A stretch of DNA of 49,380 bases from Patescibacteria group bacterium (GTDB lineage Bacteria; Patescibacteriota; Minisyncoccia; HO2-45-28), in NCBI GenBank assembly GCA_038064075.1, contig JBBTTU010000002.1:1-49380 (forward strand), in the 5' to 3' direction. Positions 34,748 to 44,003 of this stretch are shown piece by piece (positions within the stretch are counted from its first letter, which is position 1; each line of letters begins with the position of its first letter). The notes beneath the pieces are model-generated. The model saw nothing but the letters and a program-made list of their open reading frames with translations. It was not told the DNA's origin and did not search any database. A program made the position numbers and the translations under genes.

Positions 34748-36265
34748 TTAAAAATTAGTTTTTGGCCGATATTGCAAAGCTTCGTTAATATGGCTTTCTT
34801 TTATTTCGGTGTCGCCTTCCAAATCAGCAATTGTCCGCGAGATTTTAATGATTCGGTGATAAGCTCGCGGCGAAAGATCCAAATGTTTGGCGGCCTGATT
34901 TAAAATATTGCGAGCCGACAGCGAAAGCGGCGCGGTTTTTTCCAAATCTCTGATGCCCATTTCGCTGTTGGTCAAAAGTCCTTGGCCGTCCAGCCTTTCT
35001 TTTTGACGCCGGCGGGCGGCAATAATCATATTTCTGATTTCATCCGAGACCGGTTTGGCCGGCTCTTTGCCCAATTCTTCGTGTTTAATATTGCCAACCT
35101 CCATCCATAAATCGATGCGGTCGGCGATCGGGCCTGAAATTTTGCGCTGATAGCGGAATAAAGACGACGGAGTGCAAAGGCACATTTTGGTCTTTGATCC
35201 GAGATTTCCGCAGGGGCAGGGATTCATGGCGCCGACCAGCATGAACCTTGCCGGAAATTTAATGGTGCCGCGCGATCGCGAAATCGTTACCACGCCGTCT
35301 TCCAGCGGCTGGCGGAGCGATTCAACCACCCGGCGGTCAAATTCCGGAAATTCGTCAAGAAACAATACGCCGCGGTGGGCCAGCGTCACCTCGCCGGGTT
35401 TGGGCCAGGCTCCGCCGCCGACCAAAGCGACATAAGACGAAGTGTGATGCGGACTGCGGAAAGGGCGCCGGCTGGCAAACGAGCCGTCCAATATTCCGAC
35501 AACACTTTGAATCGCCGTAACTTCCAGAGCTTCTTCTTGAGAAAGAGGAGGCAGAATTGAAGGCAGGGTCCTGGCCAGAATTGTTTTGCCGGTGCCGGGC
35601 GGCCCGGACATCAGGATATTGTGTCCGCCGGCCGCGGCAATGGTCAAAGCCCGTTTGGCCGCTTCCTGGCCGCGGATATCGGCCAGATCATATTTTATTT
35701 CGGCCGCGGCTGATTTTATTTGAGTTTTAGGCATAATTTTAAGCGCGGTTTCGCCGGACAGATGTTTTAAGACTTCGGTCAAGTTTTTGGCTTCAAAGAC
35801 TTTGCAGTTTTTAACAACAGCCGCTTCGCGACCATTGCCTTCGGGAACAAAAATTTCTTTAAAACCTTCGCTTCGCGCTTTTTGCGAAAGCGCTAAAACC
35901 CCTTTTATCGGCCGCAGCAGGCCGTCTAAAGCCAGTTCGCCCAGGAAAATTTTGTCGCCGGTTTCAAATTTTGCCTGTTTGGACGCCAAAATATAACCAA
36001 GGGCGATTGCCAGATCAAAGCCGGTTCCCTTTTTTTTAATGTCAGCCGGCGCCAGAGACACTATGACTTTTTGATTTTGCTTATGAGGGGGTTTGAGTCC
36101 GATGTTTTTTATGGCGTAGGATATCCGTTCTTTGGCTTCATCAACTTCTTTGTCAGCCAACCCGACAATACTAAAAGAACGAAGTCCTTTTGAATAGTCA
36201 ACTTCAACGTCAATTATTTTGCCTTCAAGCCCAATCGTTTCAGCCGCGTGGAGTTTTACCGCCAT
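34748..36265 (-). CDS. comM: YifB/ComM Mg-chelatase-family AAA+ ATPase
   Basis: 505 aa. Walker A GPPGTGKT, LFLDEFPEF, and an N-terminal Lon-like domain. Confidence 0.9.
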   Translation of the reverse strand: MAVKLHAAETIGLEGKIIDVEVDYSKGLRSFSIVGLADKEVDEAKERISYAIKNIGLKPPHKQNQKVIVSLAPADIKKKGTGFDLAIALGYILASKQAKFETGDKIFLGELALDGLLRPIKGVLALSQKARSEGFKEIFVPEGNGREAAVVKNCKVFEAKNLTEVLKHLSGETALKIMPKTQIKSAAAEIKYDLADIRGQEAAKRALTIAAAGGHNILMSGPPGTGKTILARTLPSILPPLSQEEALEVTAIQSVVGILDGSFASRRPFRSPHHTSSYVALVGGGAWPKPGEVTLAHRGVLFLDEFPEFDRRVVESLRQPLEDGVVTISRSRGTIKFPARFMLVGAMNPCPCGNLGSKTKMCLCTPSSLFRYQRKISGPIADRIDLWMEVGNIKHEELGKEPAKPVSDEIRNMIIAARRRQKERLDGQGLLTNSEMGIRDLEKTAPLSLSARNILNQAAKHLDLSPRAYHRIIKISRTIADLEGDTEIKESHINEALQYRPKTNF

Positions 36266-36276
36266 ATCGCTAAATT

Positions 36277-36639
36277 TCAGTTTTTGGAGTGTTCAACGCA
36301 GGTTTTGGCCGCCGGATCAGCCTCAAGCCTTTCCGGGCTGATCGGTTTTTGATCGGTCTCGCAAAGGCCGTAAGTTCCGGCTTCAATTTTTTTAAGCGCG
36401 GCGTTGACCTCGTTTAATCTTAATTCCAAAGCGACTTCGCGGCCGGCGGTGTTTTCAAATTCTTCAAAAAGATCGGCCATTTCGCTGGCTTCGGACTGCT
36501 GGGTGTTCAAATCCGGCTGGATCGGCATCCAGTTTTTTGGGTTTTCGGGATTGCGTTTGGCAATCATCTTCAGCTGGCGTTCTAGCGCTTCCCGTTCTTC
36601 TTCCAATTTTTTATGAAAATAGTTCAAGTCTACGGTCAT
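36277..36639 (-). CDS. DksA/TraR-family protein (zinc finger partly degenerate)
   Basis: 120 aa. N-terminal coiled coil. C-terminal YGLCETDQKPISPERLEADPAAKTCVEH has only two of the four usual Cys. Confidence 0.55.
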   Translation of the reverse strand: MTVDLNYFHKKLEEEREALERQLKMIAKRNPENPKNWMPIQPDLNTQQSEASEMADLFEEFENTAGREVALELRLNEVNAALKKIEAGTYGLCETDQKPISPERLEADPAAKTCVEHSKN

Positions 36640-36655
36640 AGGACTATATTATACC

Positions 36656-36706
36656 TTAAATTACGAAATGCCGTAAAATGCGGAGGATGGGTATTTCGTA
36701 ATTTAA
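36656..36706. repeat. 14-bp perfect inverted repeat with 23-nt spacer
   Basis: TTAAATTACGAAAT (36656-36669) / ATTTCGTAATTTAA (36693-36706), between two minus-strand genes. Confidence 0.6.
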
Positions 36707-36720
36707 AGATATATAACTAA

Positions 36721-37608
36721 TTATTGCTGGATGAAAAGCGAAAGCTGTTTGATTGCGGCTTCAAAAGCCGCCGGCGACTGGGCGAGAATAAGGATCCGGC
36801 GGTTAAAAACCGCGTAGGCTAAAATGATTTCATCTTTTCTGTTTTTCAGGATTCGGGCATCATGGTTGGCGATTGTCAGGTCTTGAAAATTATTATCGCC
36901 GCGATCAAGCCCGATTTCGCTTGAAAGCAGATCGGCTAGGGCTTTCGGCAGGCTTTTTTCCCAAGCCAGCATTCCGGCAAAAGCCTCTGAGTATGATTTT
37001 ATCTCAAAAATAAAGACCGATTCGGTTCCGCGCGGCGTATCCATTATTCCCAAGTTCATCCGGCCACCCAGACTGTTTAAAAGAAATGGCGGCAAAGGCG
37101 CTTTGATCAGGCGAAAAAAATCTCCGGCTTCCAGAAATTTATTTTGTTCGGCGTCAAAAATATGAATAGCCGCAAATTCGCGGGGCAGAAGTTTCAGTCC
37201 GAAAATTTCTTTCCATTGGCCAAGAAAAAGATTGAGGTCTGATCCGGCGATTTCAATGATTTTTTCTTGTTTGGCCGGGATAAAGAGCGCGGGATTGGCC
37301 GGTTTAACGATTGCCGGCTGATTTAAAGTTTTTCTCAGCCAAAAAGCGCCAAACCCGGCCAAAGTCAAAATTAAAATCAAAGCCGCCAGATACAGCGCCG
37401 GCCGGAATTTATTCAGCCATGATTCTTCATAAGTTTCAGTCTCTTTTTTGGATCTTTGGGCCAAAAGTTCGGCCAGTGAAATTTTTTTGCCTTTTAAATA
37501 TTCCTGAACATCGCCGACCATTGTCCGGACAGACGGCTTTGGAGGTTCGGCTGGCAACTCTTCTTTTTTCGTTTCCTCGTTTTTAAGATTCTCGGCCATT
37601 TTTTCCAT
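36721..37608 (-). CDS. Membrane-anchored hypothetical protein
   Basis: Start placed at Met22 (alternative Met25 at 37599). One TM helix (ALYLAALILILTLAGFGAFWL). The 5' end overlaps the pnp 3' end. Confidence 0.5.
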   Translation of the reverse strand: MEKMAENLKNEETKKEELPAEPPKPSVRTMVGDVQEYLKGKKISLAELLAQRSKKETETYEESWLNKFRPALYLAALILILTLAGFGAFWLRKTLNQPAIVKPANPALFIPAKQEKIIEIAGSDLNLFLGQWKEIFGLKLLPREFAAIHIFDAEQNKFLEAGDFFRLIKAPLPPFLLNSLGGRMNLGIMDTPRGTESVFIFEIKSYSEAFAGMLAWEKSLPKALADLLSSEIGLDRGDNNFQDLTIANHDARILKNRKDEIILAYAVFNRRILILAQSPAAFEAAIKQLSLFIQQ

Positions 37609-39727
37609 TATACATTTCTTTGCCTTTGCTGGATTGCTTAATGGAAAGATTGATCCGTCCGAGCTCGTCAATGCCGACTATTTTAACCGGCACTTCATCT
37701 CCGATTTTAACAAGATCCCGGACTTTATTGACCCTGAAAGGCGCCAGTTCGGAAATATGGACCAAACCTTCCTGTTTCGGCCCGATTTCCACCATGGCTC
37801 CGAATTCAAAGATGCGGCTGACTTTTCCGGTCAGTTCTTCGCCGATTTCAAATTCTTTGGTTAGATTTTTTACAAGATCAAACGCTTTTTGAGCCGAAGA
37901 TTCGTCTTTGGCTGTGATGAAAACGAGGCCGGTCTGTTCAATATCAATTTCAGCGCCGGTTATTTCCGTAATTTTATTTATTGTTTTTCCACCCGGACCG
38001 ATCACATCTCTTATTTTTTCGGGGTTAATGGAAAGCGTCATTATCCGCGGAGCAAAAGGCGAAAGTTTGTCTTTCGGCCGGGCAATGGCTTTGAGCATGA
38101 CTTCCATAATTTTTTGGCGGGCTATTTTAGCATCAGCCAAAGTCTGCTTTAAAATTTCAACGGTTACGCCTTCAACTTTGACATCCATTTGAATTGCCGT
38201 AATTCCGTTTTTGGTGCCGGCGGCTTTAAAATCCATGTCGCCGTGGTGGTCTTCCGGGCCTTGCAGGTCAGTCAGCACTTTGAATTTATTTTCATTTTCC
38301 ATAATCAAACCCATGGCAATGCCAGCCACCGGTTCTTTAATCGGGACTCCGGCATCCATTAGAGCCAGGCTTGAAGCGCAGACCGAGCCCATTGAAGTTG
38401 AACCGTTGGAAGACATTGTTTCCGAAACCAGGCGGATGGTGTAAGGGAAAGTTTCGGTAGGAGGAATTACCGCTTCCAGAGCCCGTTCGGCCAGGGCGCC
38501 GTGGCCGATTTCGCGCCGTCCGGGCGAGCCCATCCGTCCGGTCTCGCCTGAAGAAAAAGGAGGGAAATTGTAATGGTGCATAAATCTTTTTTTGGTTTGG
38601 ATTTCCATTCCTTCAATAATCAGGACGTCGCCCGGAGCGCCTAGAGTGGCCACTGAAAGAATGTGGGTTTCGCCCCGGAAAAATATACCTGAGCCGTGAG
38701 TGCGCTCAAGAACGCCGGCTCGGGCAAAGAGCGACCGAAGTTCGTTCAATTTTCGGCCATCCGGCCTTTTTTCTTCTCCTGCCGGCAAGTCAAGAATGTT
38801 TTTGCGCACAGTTTGATATATTGTTTCTTCATATAAATCATCGGCCTCTTTTAAAGATGATTCGCCAAATTGTTTTTTGGTTGTCTGCAGCCACTCTTTT
38901 TTCAAGTCGCCTATCGCGGCGTCGCCAGCCGGTTTTTTGGGAGCATAAACATAATCTTCAAGGCGCTGACGGAAATGTTTTTCAAAAAGAGGCCGCAGCC
39001 CTTCTATTTCTTCGGCTGCCGGAATTTTTATTTTTGTTTTTCCGGCTTTGGCAACGGTTTCTTTCTGGAATTGTTCAATTTTTTCAAATTCTGACATAGC
39101 TTTTTGGATCGCTTCAAGCGCTTTTTCTTCGGGAACTTCTTTGGCGCCGGCTTCAATCATATTGATTTTTCCGGCTTTGTAGCAAGCCACCAGATCCAGA
39201 AGCGATTTTTCGCGCTCGGCATTGGTCGGGTTAAAGAGAACCCGTCCGTCTTCTTCGTTTATTCCGATCCGAAGCGGGCTGACCGGGCCGTCCCAGGGAA
39301 TGTCGGAAGTCGCGACGGCCAAAGAAGCGGCCATAATAGCCGGTATGTCAGGGTCGTTTTCGCCGTCAATTGAAAGAGCCATGACCACGACATGGATTTC
39401 ATTTCTCATTTTTTGGTTAAAGAGCGGTCTGAGCGTTCGGTCAATCAATCGTCCGGTCAGAACCGCGTTTTCGGACGGCCGGCCTTCGCGGCGGAGGAAA
39501 CGAGATCCTAAAATTTGGCCGGCGGCATAGAATTTTTCTTCGTAATCAACCGAGAGCGGAAAAAAATTGATTCCGGTTCTTGGTTCGCGGGCCTGGGTCG
39601 CGGTGGCAAAAACAACGGTTCCGCCATAGCGAACCCAAACCGAACCGTTGGCCTTCGCGGCCAGGTTGGAAAATTCAACTTCCAGTTTTTTTCCGGCTAT
39701 TTCGGTTTGATATTTGGTTATCTCCAT
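37583..39727 (-). CDS. pnp: Polyribonucleotide nucleotidyltransferase (PNPase)
   Basis: 714 aa. Two RNase PH domains followed by KH (IGPGGKTINKI) and S1 (GKVSRIFEFGAMVEI). Confidence 0.96.
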   Translation of the reverse strand: MEITKYQTEIAGKKLEVEFSNLAAKANGSVWVRYGGTVVFATATQAREPRTGINFFPLSVDYEEKFYAAGQILGSRFLRREGRPSENAVLTGRLIDRTLRPLFNQKMRNEIHVVVMALSIDGENDPDIPAIMAASLAVATSDIPWDGPVSPLRIGINEEDGRVLFNPTNAEREKSLLDLVACYKAGKINMIEAGAKEVPEEKALEAIQKAMSEFEKIEQFQKETVAKAGKTKIKIPAAEEIEGLRPLFEKHFRQRLEDYVYAPKKPAGDAAIGDLKKEWLQTTKKQFGESSLKEADDLYEETIYQTVRKNILDLPAGEEKRPDGRKLNELRSLFARAGVLERTHGSGIFFRGETHILSVATLGAPGDVLIIEGMEIQTKKRFMHHYNFPPFSSGETGRMGSPGRREIGHGALAERALEAVIPPTETFPYTIRLVSETMSSNGSTSMGSVCASSLALMDAGVPIKEPVAGIAMGLIMENENKFKVLTDLQGPEDHHGDMDFKAAGTKNGITAIQMDVKVEGVTVEILKQTLADAKIARQKIMEVMLKAIARPKDKLSPFAPRIMTLSINPEKIRDVIGPGGKTINKITEITGAEIDIEQTGLVFITAKDESSAQKAFDLVKNLTKEFEIGEELTGKVSRIFEFGAMVEIGPKQEGLVHISELAPFRVNKVRDLVKIGDEVPVKIVGIDELGRINLSIKQSSKGKEMYNGKNGRES

Positions 39728-39732
39728 AGAAT

Positions 39733-40263
39733 TTAAGAACGGCTCCGGCGCGCCGGAAGATTAAGAAGAAATTTTGCGTTTTCGCTCAAATCAATGAATT
39801 CGTTGGCGGCTTCTTTCAGCTTGCCCGAAGCCGACCGGCCGAAAGCCATGACTTCAACTTGAAGCCCGTACTGGCCTTCTTTCAGATATTCAATCAAAGG
39901 CAGAAAGTCGCCGTCGCCGGTCACCAAAACTATGGCGTCAAGGCGCGGCGCCAGCCGGACGGCGTCAATGGTCAGGCCGACATCCCAGTCGGCCTTTTTA
40001 AGGCCGCCGGCAAAAATCTGGAGATCCTTGAATTTGGGTTCAATTCCGATTTTGGCCAAAGCTTCAAAAAAAGACGCTTCTTCCCCGCTTTCGGTTTTTA
40101 TGACATAGCCGACCGCCTTGATCAGTTTGCGGCCGGCCGCGGCGATTTTTAAAACTTCTTTAAAATTAACCCGTTTGCCATAGAGGTTGCGGGCCGAGTG
40201 ATACATATTTTGAACGTCAATTAAAACCGCCACCCGCTGTTCGCGATGTTTGATGATTGTCAT
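39733..40263 (-). CDS. NYN/LabA-like (DUF88) predicted RNase domain protein
   Basis: 176 aa. VAVLIDVQNMYHSARN and LVTGDGDFLPL acidic motifs. Confidence 0.75.
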   Translation of the reverse strand: MTIIKHREQRVAVLIDVQNMYHSARNLYGKRVNFKEVLKIAAAGRKLIKAVGYVIKTESGEEASFFEALAKIGIEPKFKDLQIFAGGLKKADWDVGLTIDAVRLAPRLDAIVLVTGDGDFLPLIEYLKEGQYGLQVEVMAFGRSASGKLKEAANEFIDLSENAKFLLNLPARRSRS

Positions 40264-40267
40264 TGGA

Positions 40268-40537
40268 TTATTTGTCTTTTAAGCCGATTTTTTTAATAAT
40301 ACTGCTGTGCCTTTTTTCGTCTTCTCCGGCCAGATAATTAAGCAGAGTCCTTCTTTGAGCCACCATTTTCAAAAGCCCGCGCCGGGAATGGGCGTCTTTC
40401 GGGTTTTTTTTCAAATGATTGGTCAAGCTTTTGATTTCTTCGGTCAAAATAGCGATCTGAACTTCGGATGAGCCGGTATCGCGTTCATGAAGCTTGTATT
40501 TTTCAATTATTTTTTGCTTATTTTTTGCGCTTAACAT
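40268..40537 (-). CDS. rpsO: 30S ribosomal protein S15
   Basis: 89 aa. [12 protein letters not shown] and [15 protein letters not shown]. Confidence 0.95.
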   Translation of the reverse strand: MLSAKNKQKIIEKYKLHERDTGSSEVQIAILTEEIKSLTNHLKKNPKDAHSRRGLLKMVAQRRTLLNYLAGEDEKRHSSIIKKIGLKDK

Positions 40538-40584
40538 TTTATATCTTGTGTTTTATTTTTAATATTTTATTTTTGATATTTTAT

Positions 40585-40613
40585 ATCTTAGCATAAATTG
40601 AGTTTTTTTTCAA
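40585..40613 (-). promoter_or_regulatory. Sigma-70-like promoter TTGAAA-17-TAAGAT with TG extension, for rpsO
   Basis: The minus strand reads TTGAAAAAAAACTCAATTTATGCTAAGAT, ~45 nt upstream of the rpsO ATG. Confidence 0.45.
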
Positions 40614-40687
40614 ATCGCCGGACAAAACACGGCGCCTTTTGCTTTTTGATAGGTGTTTTTATGGGCCACGAGTGTTAAAATAAAATT

Positions 40688-41596
40688 GTGCGACATAACG
40701 ATCTCCAAAAAATTTATAAGGAATTCCTGGCGTATCTGGAAATTGAAAAAGGCCGGAGCTTGAAAACGCTTGATAATTACAGCCGCTATCTGAATGTTTT
40801 TTTTAGTTTTGCCAAGATTGGCTCGCCGGCCGGCATCAACGAAGCTGTTTGCCGCCAGTTCCGTTTATGGCTTAATCGCAGGAGTCTTAAAAAAAAGACC
40901 CAGAATTATTATTTGATAGCCCTGCGCGGATTTTTAAGATATCTGACAAGGCGCGGAATTGAAAGTTTGCCGGCTGAAAAAATTGAACTGGCCAAAACGC
41001 CGGAGCGCCAGATTGATTTGATCAATAATGATGAACTGGAACGCCTGCTTTCTTCAGCCGGTGGTTCGGACCCAAAATCGCTTCGCGACCGCGCCATGCT
41101 TGAACTTCTTTTTTCCACCGGCTTGCGCGTCTCGGAATTATGCGCTTTGAACCGCGATTCAATCAGCGTCAAAAAAGGAGAATTCAGCGTCCGGGGAAAA
41201 GGCGATAAAGTTCGCGTTGTTTTTCTTTCGGACAGTGCTAAAAATGCTCTTGAAAATTGGTCTGATAAACGCGCTGATCTGAATCCGGCTCTTTTTGTCA
41301 ATTTTAAGCCCGGCCAAAAAGCGATTGATGAATCGGCCCGGCTTACTCCTCGCTCAATTGAAAGAATTATCAAACATTATTCTACCAAAGCCGGCATAAC
41401 CAAAAAAGTGACGCCGCACGTTATCAGACATTGTTTTGCAACCGACTTGCTTGAAAACGGAGCTGATTTGCGTTCGGTTCAGGAACTTCTGGGACATGCT
41501 AACATCGCAACCACGCAAATTTACACTCACGTAACCGATCGCCGGCTCCGCGAAATCCACCAAACTTTCCATGCCATAAAAAGAAAAACCGTTTAA
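40688..41596 (+). CDS. Tyrosine recombinase, XerC/XerD type
   Basis: 302 aa, GTG start. RDRAMLELLFSTGLRVSEL, HVIRHCFATDLL and LGHANIATTQIYTHV give the R..HxxR..Y catalytic set. Confidence 0.85.
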   Translation: MRHNDLQKIYKEFLAYLEIEKGRSLKTLDNYSRYLNVFFSFAKIGSPAGINEAVCRQFRLWLNRRSLKKKTQNYYLIALRGFLRYLTRRGIESLPAEKIELAKTPERQIDLINNDELERLLSSAGGSDPKSLRDRAMLELLFSTGLRVSELCALNRDSISVKKGEFSVRGKGDKVRVVFLSDSAKNALENWSDKRADLNPALFVNFKPGQKAIDESARLTPRSIERIIKHYSTKAGITKKVTPHVIRHCFATDLLENGADLRSVQELLGHANIATTQIYTHVTDRRLREIHQTFHAIKRKTV

Positions 41597-41639
41597 TTCA
41601 GCCCGATTTCGTGTTATTTTGCAAGAATAAAGGTTTTAA

Positions 41640-41711
41640 GTCCCCGTGGTGAAACGGATATCACGACTGGCTTCGGACCAGTTGTTGGGGGTTCGAATCC
41701 CTCCGGGGACG
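41640..41711 (+). tRNA. tRNA-Arg (anticodon TCG)
   Basis: Hand-folded. Acceptor GTCCCCG/CGGGGAC, D stem GTGA/TCAC, anticodon stem ACTGG/CCAGT with loop CTTCGGA, T arm GGGGG-TTCGAAT-CCCTC. No encoded CCA. Confidence 0.85.
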
Positions 41712-41721
41712 CATTGTAAAA

Positions 41722-43182
41722 ATGATTTTAAAAATTCCAAAAGAATCAAAAGAAGTTTATATCAAGCTGATTGAATCCGGCTATCAGGCTTATTTTGTCG
41801 GCGGGTGCGTGCGGGATTTAATTTGCGGGCGAAAGCCCAAAGATTGGGATATTGCCACCAATGCCAAACCGGATCAAATTCAAGCCGTGTTTCCGGACAG
41901 TTTTTATGAAAATGAATATGGCACGGTCGGCGTCAAGACTGGATCTGACAAGCCGGAGCTGGCAGTTGTTGAAATCACTCCTTATCGCCTTGAAGAAAAA
42001 TATTCTGACAAGCGCCATCCCGACGCGGTAAAGTTTGCCGGCAAGCTGGAAGACGATTTAAAGAGAAGGGATTTTACGATTAATGCCATGGCGCTGGAGC
42101 TAAAAGCTGATGTAGATATTATTGATCCATTCGGTGGGCAAAAAGATCTGGATAATAAAATTATCCGGGCTGTCGGCGATCCGGAAGAAAGATTTGAAGA
42201 AGATGCCCTGCGTCTTTTGCGCGCGATCCGTTTTGCCTCTGAGCTTGATTTTTCAATTGAAGACAAAACCAGCTCGGCTTTGGAGAAAAAATCCGCGCTT
42301 TTGGAATTTATTTCCAAAGAACGGATCAGGGATGAACTTATTAAAATTTTCTTGACAGACGAGCCGTCGCGCGGATTTGAATTGATGCGCGAGCTTGGCA
42401 TTTTGAAATACGTGATGCCCGAAGTTGAAGAAGGTTGGACGATCGGGCAGAATAAACACCACATTTATACCGTTTGGGAACATAATATGCGTTCTTTGGA
42501 TTATGCCGCCCGTAAAAAGTGGCCGCTTGAAATCAGAACGGCCGCTCTTTTGCATGATGTCGGCAAGCCCCGCGTCAAACATGGGGACGGTCCGGATTCA
42601 ACATTTTACGGACACGAAATGGTCGGGGCAAAAATGACTTTTCAAACGCTTTCGCGTCTTAAATTCCCTAAACATTTTATTGAAAAAACGACGAAATTGG
42701 TGCGCTACCATCTTTTTTATTACAATGTCGGCGAAGTGACCGAGTCTTCGGTGCGCCGGCTTTTAGCCAGAGTCGGAATTGAAGATATGGACGATCTTAT
42801 CAAAGTCCGGATTTGCGACCGGATCGGTTCGGGCGTGCCAAAAGCCGAACCTTACAAACTCCGGCATTTTCGCTTTATAATTGAAAAATTGCAGCGCGAC
42901 CCGATTTCAGTTAAAATGCTTAAAATTGACGGAAACGATGTTATGAGAATCTGCCGGATTGAACCGTCCAGGCGTATCGGAGCGATTTTGAACATTCTTT
43001 TGGAAGATGTTCTTGACGATCCAAAATTAAATTCAAAAGAATGGCTGGAAGAAAAGACCGTAGAACTTTGCGTTTTATCAGAAGCCGAGCTTTCTAAATT
43101 AGCCGAGGAAGCCAAAAAGAAAAAAGTCGGCCTTGAAGAAGAAGAGGTCGGCAAAATAAAACAAAAATATTGGGTGAAATAA
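41722..43182 (+). CDS. cca: CCA-adding enzyme / poly(A) polymerase-family tRNA nucleotidyltransferase with HD domain
   Basis: GGCVRDLICGRKPKDWD, RRDFTINAMA, and HD motif LLHDVGK. Confidence 0.85.
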   Translation: MILKIPKESKEVYIKLIESGYQAYFVGGCVRDLICGRKPKDWDIATNAKPDQIQAVFPDSFYENEYGTVGVKTGSDKPELAVVEITPYRLEEKYSDKRHPDAVKFAGKLEDDLKRRDFTINAMALELKADVDIIDPFGGQKDLDNKIIRAVGDPEERFEEDALRLLRAIRFASELDFSIEDKTSSALEKKSALLEFISKERIRDELIKIFLTDEPSRGFELMRELGILKYVMPEVEEGWTIGQNKHHIYTVWEHNMRSLDYAARKKWPLEIRTAALLHDVGKPRVKHGDGPDSTFYGHEMVGAKMTFQTLSRLKFPKHFIEKTTKLVRYHLFYYNVGEVTESSVRRLLARVGIEDMDDLIKVRICDRIGSGVPKAEPYKLRHFRFIIEKLQRDPISVKMLKIDGNDVMRICRIEPSRRIGAILNILLEDVLDDPKLNSKEWLEEKTVELCVLSEAELSKLAEEAKKKKVGLEEEEVGKIKQKYWVK

Positions 43183-43242
43183 ACTTGCCGTCGCTCGGCA
43201 AACGGGCTTTGCCCGCCGAAGTCGAGCTGTGGCGAGGCAAAG

Positions 43243-43316
43243 CGGGCCGTAGTGTAGCGGTAGCACGAGTCCTTCGGGAGGATTTAGCCCGAGTTCAAAT
43301 CTCGGCGGCCCGACCA
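43243..43316 (+). tRNA. tRNA-Pro (anticodon CGG), CCA encoded
   Basis: Acceptor CGGGCCG/CGGCCCG (C1-G72), D stem GTGT/GCAC, anticodon stem AGTCC/GGATT with loop TTCGGGA, T arm CCGAG-TTCAAAT-CTCGG, A73, CCA. Confidence 0.88.
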
Positions 43317-43348
43317 AGTTAGACATATTTAATTTAAAATATTTATAT

Positions 43349-43419
43349 GGGCCTATGGTCTAGTGGCACGACGCCACATTCGCATTGTGGAGACGGGAGT
43401 TCGATTCTCCCTAGGTCCA
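43349..43419 (+). tRNA. tRNA-Ala (anticodon CGC)
   Basis: Acceptor GGGCCTA/TAGGTCC with the G3:U70 Ala identity pair. Anticodon stem CCACA/TGTGG with loop TTCGCAT. T arm GGGAG-TTCGATT-CTCCC. Short D arm. Confidence 0.8.
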
Positions 43420-43445
43420 AAAATATAGTTATTCAGATTTTTTAT

Positions 43446-43463
43446 AATGTTTCACGTTTTACA
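43446..43463. repeat. 18-nt repeat, inverted copy (AATGTTTCACGTTTTACA)
   Basis: Exact reverse complement of 43573-43590. Confidence 0.8.
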
Positions 43464-43572
43464 CTATTGGACACTTATTATTTTATAGGACATTTGATAT
43501 TAAAACGTATGTCCATTATTTTTTTATTTTACTATAATATTATTTATAAAAAAGAATTAATCAGATGAAAAA

Positions 43573-43590
43573 TGTAAAACGTGAAACATT
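43573..43590. repeat. 18-nt repeat, direct copy abutting the yraN start (TGTAAAACGTGAAACATT)
   Basis: Ends one base before ATG 43591. 17 of its 18 nt recur at 44004-44020. Confidence 0.8.
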
Positions 43591-43998
43591 ATGTGGAGTG
43601 AAAAAAGAAAATTAGGAAACCTCGGTGAAGATATTTGTGTGAAACATCTCGTGAAACACGGATATAAGATTTTAGATAGAAATTATCTTAAAAAGTGGGG
43701 AGAAATAGATATAGTGGCTAAAAAGGACTCAACTATTCATTTTATAGAAGTAAAAACTGTTGAATTAAAAAGTTTCACGGGAAACAATAGTTTCACGCGA
43801 AACAATTTTGAAAGTTATGATCCGGAAGAAAATGTTCATCCCTGGAAATTAAAAAAACTTTCGCGGGCTATACAAACATATTTATTGGATAAAAATATTG
43901 ATGATGACACCGAATGGCAAGTTGATATAGCCGCGGTTTTTCTTGATTTTGAGACCAAAAAAGCTAAAATAAGGATTACAGAAGATATTGGATTGTAA
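43591..43998 (+). CDS. yraN: YraN/UPF0102 family predicted endonuclease
   Basis: 135 aa. GNLGEDICVKHLVKHGYKILDRNY...GEIDIVAKKD..IHFIEVKT restriction-endonuclease-like core. Contains an in-frame 18-nt tandem duplication at 43771-43806. Confidence 0.8.
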   Translation: MWSEKRKLGNLGEDICVKHLVKHGYKILDRNYLKKWGEIDIVAKKDSTIHFIEVKTVELKSFTGNNSFTRNNFESYDPEENVHPWKLKKLSRAIQTYLLDKNIDDDTEWQVDIAAVFLDFETKKAKIRITEDIGL

Positions 43999-44003
43999 TA
44001 AAT

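Noticed and set aside
40688-41596. Xer-type recombinase as the integrase of the downstream AT-rich segment
   Set aside because: It has housekeeping XerC/XerD hallmarks. It is separated from the tRNA scars by tRNA-Arg and cca, and lies in core-composition DNA. This cannot be excluded without comparative data.
43099-43326. 75-aa minus-strand ORF
   Set aside because: It is antisense to the cca 3' end and to tRNA-Pro(CGG).
43347-43568. 73-aa ORF on the + strand
   Set aside because: Its first third is the tRNA-Ala(CGC) gene and the rest is an AT-rich spacer. It has no Shine-Dalgarno and no recognisable protein features.
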